A DNA stretch of 43,300 nt from positions 1-43,300 of the forward strand of contig JABFSO010000271.1 of NCBI GenBank assembly GCA_013140555.1, read 5' to 3'. This stretch comes from Cyclobacteriaceae bacterium (GTDB lineage Bacteria; Bacteroidota; Bacteroidia; Cytophagales; Cyclobacteriaceae). The translations under genes were made by a program, and so were the position numbers. The notes beneath the pieces are model-generated. The model was not told the DNA's origin. It saw only the letters and a program-made list of their open reading frames with translations, and ran no database searches. Of this stretch, positions 9,972 to 19,742 are shown piece after piece (the first letter of the stretch is position 1; every line of letters begins with the position of its first letter).

Positions 9972-11093
9972 ATGCTCAATAGACGCACCATTCGCATCAA
10001 GATTATGCAATCCATCTTTGCTTTCGAGCAATGCAAAGAAGCCAACTACCAGCTCGCCCTCGATTTAATTGAAGAAAGATTTAAACCCGATTTGAACAGC
10101 ATGGAAGTGCAAGACAAAGCACTTTTGCGCCAGCGACATAAAACGGCCAAGTCTGTTTTTGAAAGCCGTTATCAAGGAACTCCTAAAGAAGTAACAGAGC
10201 CCATCATTACGAAAGTGGTAGATGAGGCGATGGACTTATACACCAAACAAGTAAGGAAAGACAAAGCCTATCTCGGAAAAAACAGCATTACAGAGATTTT
10301 AAAACTTACCGAAACCTACCATCACACACTTGGTCTGATCATCGCTTTCGCTGAAGTAGCAGCCAGTGATAAAAAACCGGTGCACGGCAAGTTGATCAGT
10401 CTGTCCATCATCAAAGCATTTTTAGACAATGAGGAACTGAAGAAAGAGCTTCTTCGCACAGCCGGATGGAACAACGAAATGAATCTCGTGCGCGATTGGT
10501 TCCGCGAGATTGTAAAAGAAGATAAAGAGTATCAGAAATTCATTGAACTAAAAGAAGCCGATGCGGAGGCACAGCGTGGATTTTTAAAACACTTGCTTCG
10601 CAAAATTATTCTGGCCAGCAATGCAATCAACGATTACTTTGATGAGCAAGACATTCGTTGGGCCGAAGACAAAGACATTATTAAAAGCCTGGCAGACAAA
10701 ACCATCAAATCCTTTGAGGGCGACAAGATTGAATTGCAGAAGGTGTCACTCGATTGGGAAGATGACAAGCAGTTCATTGACAAACTCTATGAAAACACAA
10801 TTGAGTTAGATCAGGAATTCAAAGACCTCATAGCCTCTAATACCAAAAATTGGGAAGTAGATCGGCTTCCGCTTACCGACCGCGTTATTCTTGAAATGGC
10901 AATTGCCGAAATGATCAGCTTTCCAAACATTCCCGTGAAAGTTACCATCAACGAGTACATCGAATTGGCCAAAGAATACAGCACGCCTAAGAGTCGTCAG
11001 TTCATCAATGGTATTTTGGATGTCCTTTCCAAGAAAATGAAGGACTCCGGAGCCTTGAAAAAGAGCGGTCGAGGCTTGATTGACAATAAATAA
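9972..11093 (+). CDS. nusB: Transcription antitermination factor NusB (long Bacteroidota form)
   Basis: N-terminal RRTIRIKIMQ, plus NWEVDRL..DRVIL, VTINEYIELAKEYS and FINGILD. Confidence 0.93.
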   Translation: MLNRRTIRIKIMQSIFAFEQCKEANYQLALDLIEERFKPDLNSMEVQDKALLRQRHKTAKSVFESRYQGTPKEVTEPIITKVVDEAMDLYTKQVRKDKAYLGKNSITEILKLTETYHHTLGLIIAFAEVAASDKKPVHGKLISLSIIKAFLDNEELKKELLRTAGWNNEMNLVRDWFREIVKEDKEYQKFIELKEADAEAQRGFLKHLLRKIILASNAINDYFDEQDIRWAEDKDIIKSLADKTIKSFEGDKIELQKVSLDWEDDKQFIDKLYENTIELDQEFKDLIASNTKNWEVDRLPLTDRVILEMAIAEMISFPNIPVKVTINEYIELAKEYSTPKSRQFINGILDVLSKKMKDSGALKKSGRGLIDNK

Positions 11094-11100
11094 TCACCGA

Positions 11101-11129
11101 TTTGAAATACTGGAAAGCTATTATCTTTG
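11101..11129 (+). promoter_or_regulatory. Bacteroidota sigma-ABfr-type promoter
   Basis: TTTG at 11101-11104 and TATCTTTG (TAnnTTTG) at 11122-11129, upstream of ATG 11151. Confidence 0.6.
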
Positions 11130-11150
11130 TAATCTGTAAGACTAAAACCT

Positions 11151-11459
11151 ATGAGTAAAAAAGGAAGTAATGCGTTGATGGCTTTTTTGGCCGGTGCTGC
11201 AGTGGGTGCTGTTTTAGGGATTCTCTACGCTCCCGATAAGGGCTCGAATACCCGCGAAAAGCTCTCCTACAGGCTGGACAAGTACAAAAAGATGCTGGAA
11301 GACTATCTGGCGGATTTGGTTTCAGGTAAAGAAACCCCGCTAACTACCCAAGCCAAATCAGAGGGGCAAAAAGTAGTGAACGAAACTCAGGATAAGGCGC
11401 AGCAATTGTTAGATGATGTAGATGCACTTTTGGAGCAACTGCGCGGCAAGAACAGTTAA
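11151..11459 (+). CDS. YtxH domain-containing protein
   Basis: AFLAGAAVGAVLGILYAPDKGSNTR signature. Confidence 0.88.
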   Translation: MSKKGSNALMAFLAGAAVGAVLGILYAPDKGSNTREKLSYRLDKYKKMLEDYLADLVSGKETPLTTQAKSEGQKVVNETQDKAQQLLDDVDALLEQLRGKNS

Positions 11460-11506
11460 AGAATTGTTAAACACCGCCCAGCCTACCCTAATATTCCATT
11501 AACAGT

Positions 11507-11514
11507 TATTTTTG
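11507..11514 (+). promoter_or_regulatory. -7 promoter box
   Basis: TATTTTTG matches TAnnTTTG, upstream of ATG 11547. Confidence 0.5.
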
Positions 11515-11546
11515 CAATCACAATTAAGAATCAAATCCATACGAAT

Positions 11547-12092
11547 ATGAAAAACAGTGTAAGAGCAACCTTAATCGCAGCAATGTTTATTGCTTTGGTA
11601 AGCTGCCGCGATAAAGCTTCAGAAAAAAGAATTGCCGAGTTAGAAAGCCGCCTTGCTCAAATTGAAAGCAACAAACAAGCTCCGGCACCTGTTCCTTCGG
11701 CAACACCCGAAGCAGCACCAGTGCCAGAACAGAAGCCGGAAGGCCCACTACCAGTAGTGGAATTTAACACCACCGATCACGACTTCGGAACGATCGATGA
11801 AGGAAAGAAAGTAACAGTGACTTACACTGTAAAAAATGTTGGCCAGGCTCCATTGATTATTCAAAATGCACAGCCTTCATGCGGTTGCACTGATCCGGAT
11901 TGGACCAAAACACCAATACCTGTAGGTGGCTCTGGTTTTGTAAAGGCTTCATTCGATTCAAAAGGCAAGCCGGGCATCAACAACAAAACCATCACCGTTA
12001 CTGCCAATACTTGGCCTAAAACAACTGTTTTGAAGTTTAAAGCCATGGTAACACCTAAACCAGATGGGGCCAATGGCCCTACTGTGAAATAA
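11547..12092 (+). CDS. DUF1573 Ig-like lipoprotein
   Basis: Lipobox LVSC and a Pro/Ala linker, followed by HDFGTI..N.G..PL.I....SCGCT.P.W..PI. Confidence 0.88.
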   Translation: MKNSVRATLIAAMFIALVSCRDKASEKRIAELESRLAQIESNKQAPAPVPSATPEAAPVPEQKPEGPLPVVEFNTTDHDFGTIDEGKKVTVTYTVKNVGQAPLIIQNAQPSCGCTDPDWTKTPIPVGGSGFVKASFDSKGKPGINNKTITVTANTWPKTTVLKFKAMVTPKPDGANGPTVK

Positions 12093-12115
12093 TTATTATC
12101 ATTTTAAGATACTGC

Positions 12116-12152
12116 AACATCCCAAGCCTAATCGGTTTGGGATGTTTGCTTT
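12116..12152 (+). terminator. Stem-loop, probable intrinsic terminator
   Basis: AACATCCCAAGCC-taatc-GGTTTGGGATGTT (one G:U pair) followed by TGCTTT. Confidence 0.65.
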
Positions 12153-12185
12153 AGATGGAATAACTTGCAGCCCTAAATTTTACGT

Positions 12186-12506
12186 ATGAACTCAATTTTG
12201 TTACAAGCAGCACCCGGTGGAGGTGCCACGATGCAAATCATTTTGATGGTAGCCATCATTGGTATTTTCTATTTCTTCATGATCCGCCCTCAGCAAAAGA
12301 AAGCCAAAGACCAAAAGATGTTTACCGAGGCAATCCAAAAGGGAGATTATGTAGTGACCATTGGCGGAGCGCACGGTCGCGTAGCTGAATTGGAAGACGA
12401 TACTTTCATTTTGGAAGTAGAGCGCGGTGCACGTATCCGGTTTTCAAAATCGGCTATCTCGATGGAGTCAACCAAAGCGGCAGCAACCAAGAAGCCGGCA
12501 GCCTGA
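12186..12506 (+). CDS. yajC: Preprotein translocase subunit YajC
   Basis: FYFFMIRPQQKK and KGDYVVTIGGAHG. Confidence 0.95.
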   Translation: MNSILLQAAPGGGATMQIILMVAIIGIFYFFMIRPQQKKAKDQKMFTEAIQKGDYVVTIGGAHGRVAELEDDTFILEVERGARIRFSKSAISMESTKAAATKKPAA

Positions 12507-12579
12507 TATTTGTAAGGTACGAATCGGCATCGGGAAATTTTATTCATAACCTCTATGCTAATTCGTACCTTTCCTTCCC

Positions 12580-13497
12580 ATGAATTTCTTACGAGCCATC
12601 GGTAATCTGCTGCGTTTCGATCGCGCCAACTGGAAGGCCGTATTCTTATGCTTTATCGTAGCCATTGTCTTCTGGCTGTTCAATGCTTTCAACAAATCCT
12701 ATTCAACCAATGTGCGGTTTCCTCTGCACTTCGAATACGATTTGGAAAAATTTGTGCCAGCTTCCGAATTGCCACGCTACGTTACCGTAAATGTAAGTGG
12801 CAATGGATGGGATCTTTTTCGAAGCTATTTCGGAATCAAACATCCTGAATTGGCCATCGCTATCGAGCGACCATTAGACACCCGAAAAATTGTAGGAGCA
12901 ACTTTGCTTCCACAATTGCAACCACAACTGGGCAAACTGAAAATCAACTATGTAGTTACGGATACACTCCACCTCAAGCTGGATGAGCGAGACGCGCATT
13001 TATTTAAAGTAGTAGTAGATACACGCAGCTTGCAATTCAAAGAAGGCTATGGACTCATCAGCCCCATAGTGGTTTTGCCCGATTCGATTTCTTTAGATGG
13101 CTCAAAAACTCAAGTACATGAACTTCCGGATAGCATTACATTGTTCATAACGGAAAGAGAACTCAGCGAAAACTATTCGGAAGAAATGGACATCAGTTTA
13201 CCGGAAGGGATCAAACTAATTCCTAACCCACCCACTGTGAAGGTTATGTTTGAAGTGGGACCGGTGAAGTTAATTTCTGTGCGAGTGAAATGGGTGAATA
13301 GTAAAAAGACTCTGACTTCAGATAGTGCACAGATAATAGTGGCGGTACCTACCCGCCAAGTTGATGACTTTAGAGGAAAACGTAGTCAGCTGGTAGCTAC
13401 CGGAAACAAAGCCAAAAACAAAAAAATGTTTCCTGCTCGTTTCAATTTACCTCCCTATGCACGCGTGGTAGAAATCGATTCAATAGCCAATGAATAA
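12580..13497 (+). CDS. YbbR/CdaR-like membrane-anchored protein
   Basis: N-terminal TM (FLCFIVAIVFWLFNAF), V.VSG.GW.L and PDSISLDG. Sits in the usual yajC-coaE position. Confidence 0.65.
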   Translation: MNFLRAIGNLLRFDRANWKAVFLCFIVAIVFWLFNAFNKSYSTNVRFPLHFEYDLEKFVPASELPRYVTVNVSGNGWDLFRSYFGIKHPELAIAIERPLDTRKIVGATLLPQLQPQLGKLKINYVVTDTLHLKLDERDAHLFKVVVDTRSLQFKEGYGLISPIVVLPDSISLDGSKTQVHELPDSITLFITERELSENYSEEMDISLPEGIKLIPNPPTVKVMFEVGPVKLISVRVKWVNSKKTLTSDSAQIIVAVPTRQVDDFRGKRSQLVATGNKAKNKKMFPARFNLPPYARVVEIDSIANE

Positions 13498-14092
13498 ACC
13501 CTTTCAAGTTGGCATCACCGGAGGCATCGGCTCTGGCAAAAGTTTGATTTGCAAAGTTTTTGCTGCTTTGGGTGTGCCTGTTTATGACGCAGACAGCCGA
13601 GCGAAAGATATAATGACCACTGACGGAATATTGGTCAGTCAAATCAAGGAGGAATTCGGAAATTTGGCTTACGCTAAAGATGGTAGTTTAAACAGAAGCT
13701 ATCTGAGTGAACAGATTTTTCAGCATCCGCAAAAGCGGGATAAGCTCAATGCGCTGGTTCATCCGCGTGTTGCAATTGACACCGACCGATGGATAGATGA
13801 GCAAAAGGGAAATAGGTATGTCATTCGAGAGGCCGCGTTAATGTTTGAGTCAGGATCATATAAAAAACTAGATGCAAGCATTGTAGTAACCGCGCCCGAG
13901 TGGCTCCGCATTAAGCGAGTGCTTCAACGCGATCCACAACGATCCGAAGAAGCTGTGCGAAAGATCATAAAAGCCCAAATGCCGGAAGAAGAGAGTAGAA
14001 AAAGAGCTAACTATATTATTGAAAACGATGAAACGCAATTGATTCTTCCTCAAATCATAAAGTTGCATCATCACTTTAGCACACATCAATAG
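13490..14092 (+). CDS. coaE: Dephospho-CoA kinase
   Basis: GITGGIGSGKS, YDAD, LVHPRV, EAALMFE and RVLQRD. Confidence 0.96.
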   Translation: MNKPFQVGITGGIGSGKSLICKVFAALGVPVYDADSRAKDIMTTDGILVSQIKEEFGNLAYAKDGSLNRSYLSEQIFQHPQKRDKLNALVHPRVAIDTDRWIDEQKGNRYVIREAALMFESGSYKKLDASIVVTAPEWLRIKRVLQRDPQRSEEAVRKIIKAQMPEEESRKRANYIIENDETQLILPQIIKLHHHFSTHQ

Positions 14093-14110
14093 ATTTTGAA
14101 ATAGTACGAA

Positions 14111-15187
14111 ATGAAAAAAACACTCCTTACGTCCGGAATTATTTTAGTGATCCTGTTTTTAATTGCCTTGCCCAAACTAGGCTGGTTCAAATCAAAGAAA
14201 GATGCGCCTGTTGGCAATGCTGCCGGTGGAAAGCAAAAGTTGATGGTAGAGGCTTTAGTGCTGAAGGAATCCAAGTTGGATAATAAACTGGTAGTTACAG
14301 GTTCTGTATTGCCCAATGAATCGCTCGAGCTAAAAAGTGAAGCTTCGGGAAAGGTGGTGAGCATTTCTTTTCAGGAAGGCAAGCCGGTAACCAAAGGAAG
14401 CCTGTTGCTCGAAATCAACAACGATGATTTGAAAGCGCAACTCGAAAAACAAAAGTATAATCAAAAGCTCAATCAGGATAATGAGTTTCGTCAGCGTAAG
14501 CTATTGGAGAAAGATGCAATCAGTCAGGAAGAATATGATAATGCATTGAATCGGTTGAATACAACCGTAGCCGATATTCGGATATTGGAAGCGCAGATTG
14601 AAAAAACAAAAATCAAAGCTCCGTTTGATGGTGTGATTGGTTTGCGTTATGTGAGTTTGGGGGCCTACATTTCTCCGGCCACCGTAGTTGCTACACTCTA
14701 CAATATTTCTCCTGCCAAAATTGAGTTTGCTATTCCTGCTCGGTATAGCTCGCAAGTGAAAGCCGGTGAACGCATTTTTTGTCGTGTAGAAAATAATCTA
14801 ACCGTTTATGAAGGTGTTGTTTATGCAGTGGAGCCACGTATCGATCCGGAAACAAGAACACTCAAGATTCGCGCTCAAGCAGATAACAAAGGCGGCAGCT
14901 TGTTGCCCGGTCAGTTTGTAAAAGTAGAATTGATTTTAGAGTCGTTACCCAACGCCTTGTTGGTGCCCAGCGAAGCGGTTATTCCGGATCAGGGTGGCAA
15001 GAAAGTGTTTCTGGCAAGAGCCGGTAAAGCACAGGAAGTGAAGATCGAAACAGGCATTCGCACCGAAAATTCTTTGGAGGTTTTATCCGGCTTAAAGGCA
15101 GGAGACACTTTGTTGATGACCGGCATTCTTCAATTGCGACAAGGCCTGGATATAGAAATCATCAAAACCAATGATGAAAAAAAATAA
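14111..15187 (+). CDS. RND efflux periplasmic adaptor (MFP)
   Basis: N-terminal TM, lipoyl halves (SGKV..I.F.EG..V.KG, IKAPFDGVIG), PRIDPETRT and LLPGQFV. Confidence 0.93.
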   Translation: MKKTLLTSGIILVILFLIALPKLGWFKSKKDAPVGNAAGGKQKLMVEALVLKESKLDNKLVVTGSVLPNESLELKSEASGKVVSISFQEGKPVTKGSLLLEINNDDLKAQLEKQKYNQKLNQDNEFRQRKLLEKDAISQEEYDNALNRLNTTVADIRILEAQIEKTKIKAPFDGVIGLRYVSLGAYISPATVVATLYNISPAKIEFAIPARYSSQVKAGERIFCRVENNLTVYEGVVYAVEPRIDPETRTLKIRAQADNKGGSLLPGQFVKVELILESLPNALLVPSEAVIPDQGGKKVFLARAGKAQEVKIETGIRTENSLEVLSGLKAGDTLLMTGILQLRQGLDIEIIKTNDEKK

Positions 15188-15217
15188 TGTGTTGAAAACC
15201 AATAAATAAAAAAGCAG

Positions 15218-18200
15218 ATGGCAAGTCTTTCTATCACCAGCATTAACCGTCCGGTACTGGCGATCGTGATGTCGCTGGTGATCATTCTTTTTGGAGTGAT
15301 CGGTTTTTCGTTTTTAGGTGTGCGCGAGTTTCCCAGTGTCGATCCACCGGTCGTTACCGTATCAACCAATTACGTGGGCGCCAATGCCGATGTAATGGAA
15401 TCGCAAATCACCGAGCCGTTGGAAGATGCGATCAATGGCGTGCCGGGTATTCGCACGTTAACCTCTGTTAGCCGTGAAGGCCGAAGCAATATCACCATCG
15501 AATTTGAATTAGGTGTGAACATCGAAGCTGCTGCCAATGATGTGCGCGATAAAGTTTCGGGTGCACTGAATCGTTTGCCACAAGATGTCGATCCTCCTGT
15601 TGTAGAGAAAGCCGATGCCGATTCCAGCCCGATCATTTTCTTAACTGTGCGCAGCGACAAGCGCAACCTCTTGGAGATTTCTCGTATTGCAGAAGTAATG
15701 TTCAAAGAACGCATTCAAACCATTCCCGGAGTAAGTGCCGTGCAAATCTGGGGACAACAGCGCTACTCCATGCGCTTATGGATGGATCCGATAAAACTCG
15801 CATCACTCAAACTCGCCCCTTCGGATGTATTGCAAGCATTGAATCGCGAGAATGTGGAGTTGCCATCAGGACGTGTGGAAGGACAAAACACCGAGCTTAC
15901 CGTTCGCACCATGGGGCGCCTCACCAACGAAGAAGATTTTAATAACCTCATCATCAAAGAAGATGGCGACAATGTAGTGCGCTTTAGCGATGTAGGGTAT
16001 GCCAAGCTGGGTCCTGAAAATGAGCGAACCATTTTACGCAGAGATGGAATACCCGGCTGTGCGCTCGCCATTGTAGCGCAACCCGGTGCCAATAACATTG
16101 ATATTGCGAATCGCTTATATAAAAAATTAGATCAGATTCAGCGCGACTTGCCAAAAGATGTGAGCTACCAAATGAGCTACGACTCCACCAAATACATTCG
16201 TGCATCCATTGCCGAAGTAGGCGAAACGATCCTCATCGCTTTTTGCCTTGTGCTCTCCATCATATTTATTTTCTTACGCGATTGGCGTACCACCATTATT
16301 CCGGTAGCCACTATTCCAATTTCGTTGATTGGTTCTTTCTTTGTGATGTATGCTAGGCTTCACCATCAATGTGCTTACCCTTTTAGGAATTGTGCTGGCT
16401 ATTGGAATTGTCGTAGACGATGCCATTGTGGTATTGGAAAATATTTATGTGAAAGTAGAAGAAGGAGAAGATCCGGATACAGCAGCACGCAAAGGGTCAA
16501 CGGAAATTTATTTTGCAGTCATTTCTACTACCGTATCGGTGGTGGCCGTTTTCCTTCCGGTGATTTTCCTGCAGGGTTTAACCGGTCGGTTGTTTAGAGA
16601 GTTTGGTTTGGTGGTAGCTAGCGCTGTAGCTATTTCCGCATTTGTTTCATTGACGCTTACACCAATGATGAGTTCAAAAATTTTGAGACGAAGAGAAGTG
16701 CAACCTTGGTTGTACCGAAAAACAGAACCATTCTTTACTTCACTCACACAAGGATATTCGAATGCATTGTCTGGTTTCATGAATCGCAGATGGTTGGGCA
16801 TTATAGTCATCATTTTAGCTTTTGGTTTGATTTTTTTGTTAGGTAAAACCACGCCATCAGAACTCGCTCCTTTGGAAGATCGTAGCGAGTTCCGCTTACA
16901 AGCACAAGCACAAGAAGGAGCTACTTTTGAATACATGGATCGCTACGTAAAAGAGTTGACCCAGTTCATCAGCGATGAAGTGCCCGAGCGAAATGGTATG
17001 GTAAGCGTCACCGCCCCTGGCTTTGGCGGCAATGGTGTGAATTCAGGTTTTGTGAGAGTTATTTTGAAAGATCCTCAAGACAGAGATCGAACACAGCAAC
17101 AAATTGTAGATGATATAACCGGAAAAGTTAGGAAGTATACTGGTGTGCGAACCTTCAGCACACAAGCGCAAACCATTGGCGATCGTAGAGGCGGCTTCCC
17201 AGTTCAATTTGTGATTCAAGCTGCCGATATCGAAAAGCTTAAAAAGGTGTTACCGGAGTTTATGGTGAAGGCTTCGGCTAGTCCGATGTTTGCTTTCGTA
17301 GATTTGGATTTGAAGTTCAACAAGCCGGAGATCAACATTACGATTGATCGTGATAAGGCTAGAAACTTAGGTGTAAATGTGTTAGATATTTCGCAGACTC
17401 TTCAATTGGGTTTAAGTGGTTCGCGCTTCGGTAATTTTATTATGGATGGAAAACAATACCAGATCATCGGACAAGTAGAACGAGGCAATCGCAACGAGCC
17501 GTTGGATTTGAAAACATTGTATGTAAAGAACAAGCGCGGTGAATTAATTCAGTTAGATAATCTGGTAACTTTTGAAGAGCGTAGTAGCCCTCCGCAACTG
17601 TATCGTTTCAATCGCTATTCATCGGCAAAGGTGCAAGCGCAATTAGCAAAAGGAGTTGCCTTGGGAGATGGCATCAAAGAAATGCAGCGTATTGCATCGG
17701 AAGTGCTGGATGAAAGTTATACTACGAGTTTGGATGGAGCATCCCGTGAATTTGCTGAAAGCTCTTCCAGTATCATCTTGGCATTTTTAATTGCGCTGGC
17801 TATTATTTACTTAATCTTAGCTGGGCAATTTGAAAGTTTCAAAGACCCATTTGTAATTATGTTCACCGTTCCGCTCGCGTTGGCGGGCGCATTGCTTTCA
17901 CTTTGGTATTTCAATCAAACACTCAATGTGTTTAGTCAAATAGGAATTATCATGTTGATTGGCTTGGTAACGAAAAACGGAATTTTGATTGTGGAGTTTG
18001 CCAACCAAAGAAAGGAACAAGGACTGGCCGTTTTAGATGCCGTGAAAGAGGCAGCTGTTTCGCGTTTCCGCCCGATCATTATGACAAGCCTTTCTACGAT
18101 CTTAGGGATTTTGCCTATTGCCTTAGCGTTGGGCGCTGGCTCAGAAAGTCGCGTGTCCATGGGTATTGCCGTAATTGGAGGAATGTTGTTCGCTACCGTC

Positions 18201-18266
18201 CTCACCTTGTTTGTAATTCCAGCTATTTATTCATACATCAGCAGTAAGCATGTTAGCGTTAAGTAA
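15218..18266 (+). pseudogene. RND (AcrB/MdtB-like) permease split by a frameshift at about 16350
   Basis: ORF 15218 is AcrB-like up to ...FFVMY and then becomes non-homologous. ORF 16350 continues LGFTINVLTL..GIVVDDAIVVLEN through to RFRPIIMT. Restoring 2 nt at ATG TAT GCTA GGC joins them. Confidence 0.85.
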
Positions 18267-19740
18267 AACCAAGGCCGCAGGCTACCAGCCACAGGCGCCC
18301 GTAGAAATAATTAGCAACGTTAAGATTTACACAAGCGCGTGGGTTGCAATTTTGTTTTTTATCATTCCGATGTTTTCAATCGCTCAGGAAAAACTGAGCC
18401 TAGCAGATGCGGTGCAAATTGGATTGAAAAATAACTTTGGAGTTCAAATTCAACAACTCAATGTTGAATCCTCCAAGCTCAATAATAATTGGGGACAAGC
18501 GGGTTTATTACCATCTATCAATTTAATTGCCAGTCAAAATAACAGCATTGTTGAGCGGAAGCCTGCTAACCCGTTTGCAGTAGCCGGTACAAACATTACC
18601 AACAACGTATTGGGTCAGTTGGACGTGCAATTCACTTTGTTCGATGGCTTTGCAGTCAAAATTGCGAAGCAACGCCTCGAGCAATTGGAAGCCCTCAGCA
18701 AAGGAAATGCAGCATTTGTAATGGAGAACACGGTGCAGTCTATTATCCTGAGTTATTATCAGGCGGCATTAGAAAAAGAGAGATTACAAGTACTGATTAA
18801 GAACCAGGCTTTTTCTAAAGAGCGCTATGACTACGTAAAATTGAAAAAGAGTTTGGGCTCTGCCATTTCATTTGATGTATTGCAAGAGCAAAACAATTAC
18901 CTCACCGATTCATCCAATGTGTTGCGTCAGGAAATCATTGTGAAAAATGCTACCCGCACATTGAACGTCTTATTGAATGAGAATATCACGAAGACGTATG
19001 AATTCACCAACCTATTAGAATTTGCGGATGAGTCTTATTTATACGAAGACTTGCACGGCAAAATGGTGAGCTCAAATACCAATCTTAAAAATCAGTTCAT
19101 CAGTCAGGAGTTGTTTCATAATGCGACTCGCAACGCAGAGGCCAATTTATCGCCTGCTATTCTGTTAAATATTGGAGCCACCGGAAGTTTAGACCAATTG
19201 AATGCAAACTTTCGAACGAATACTGGAAATCAAATTGAAAATACTGTGGGCTATTTAAACCGAGATTTAAGTCAGCCTGTATACTTAAAAGTAAATGAAA
19301 CCGCATTAGTTCCACAGACTCAAACCGGTAATTCGTATGGAGCGTATGGAAACATCTCGTTGCGCTACACTCTGTTTAATGGAGGGCAATTGAGAAGAAC
19401 CATCGACAATGCGCAAATCCAAGAAAAGATCGCGAAGTTAACTACCGATCAATTGAAGGCATCATTAGAAAACAGCTTGCTTGCCACCTATGATTTATAC
19501 AATCTGCGCAAGCAACTGGTATTGATCGCGCAAACAAAACTTCAGGCGGCTGAGTTAAATCTTTCATTGGCGAATGAACGCTATAAGAATGGTGCACTCA
19601 GTGCTATTGATCTTCGCATCGTGCAAGAAAATTTTCGGGCTGCCGCTCTAGAAAAATTTGCGGCCATTTTTGATGGACTCTCTAGCCGCATTGATTTGGT
19701 ACGTCTCACCGGAGGGCTGATTGATAACGCAGCTAAATAA
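18250..19740 (+). CDS. TolC-family outer membrane efflux protein
   Basis: LSLADAVQIGLKNN, TLFDG, TLFNGG and ERYKNG..SAIDLR. Third gene of the MFP-RND-OMF operon. Start is uncertain. Confidence 0.9.
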   Translation: MLALSKTKAAGYQPQAPVEIISNVKIYTSAWVAILFFIIPMFSIAQEKLSLADAVQIGLKNNFGVQIQQLNVESSKLNNNWGQAGLLPSINLIASQNNSIVERKPANPFAVAGTNITNNVLGQLDVQFTLFDGFAVKIAKQRLEQLEALSKGNAAFVMENTVQSIILSYYQAALEKERLQVLIKNQAFSKERYDYVKLKKSLGSAISFDVLQEQNNYLTDSSNVLRQEIIVKNATRTLNVLLNENITKTYEFTNLLEFADESYLYEDLHGKMVSSNTNLKNQFISQELFHNATRNAEANLSPAILLNIGATGSLDQLNANFRTNTGNQIENTVGYLNRDLSQPVYLKVNETALVPQTQTGNSYGAYGNISLRYTLFNGGQLRRTIDNAQIQEKIAKLTTDQLKASLENSLLATYDLYNLRKQLVLIAQTKLQAAELNLSLANERYKNGALSAIDLRIVQENFRAAALEKFAAIFDGLSSRIDLVRLTGGLIDNAAK

Positions 19741-19742
19741 AT

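Noticed and set aside
16330-16360. Programmed ribosomal frameshift in the RND permease
   Set aside because: No slippery heptamer or homopolymer at the junction, and a simple 2-nt deletion explains it.
14111-19740. RND pump as dedicated exporter of the decarboxylase/GNAT product
   Set aside because: It is convergent with the cluster and follows coaE by 18 bp, so adjacency is the only support.
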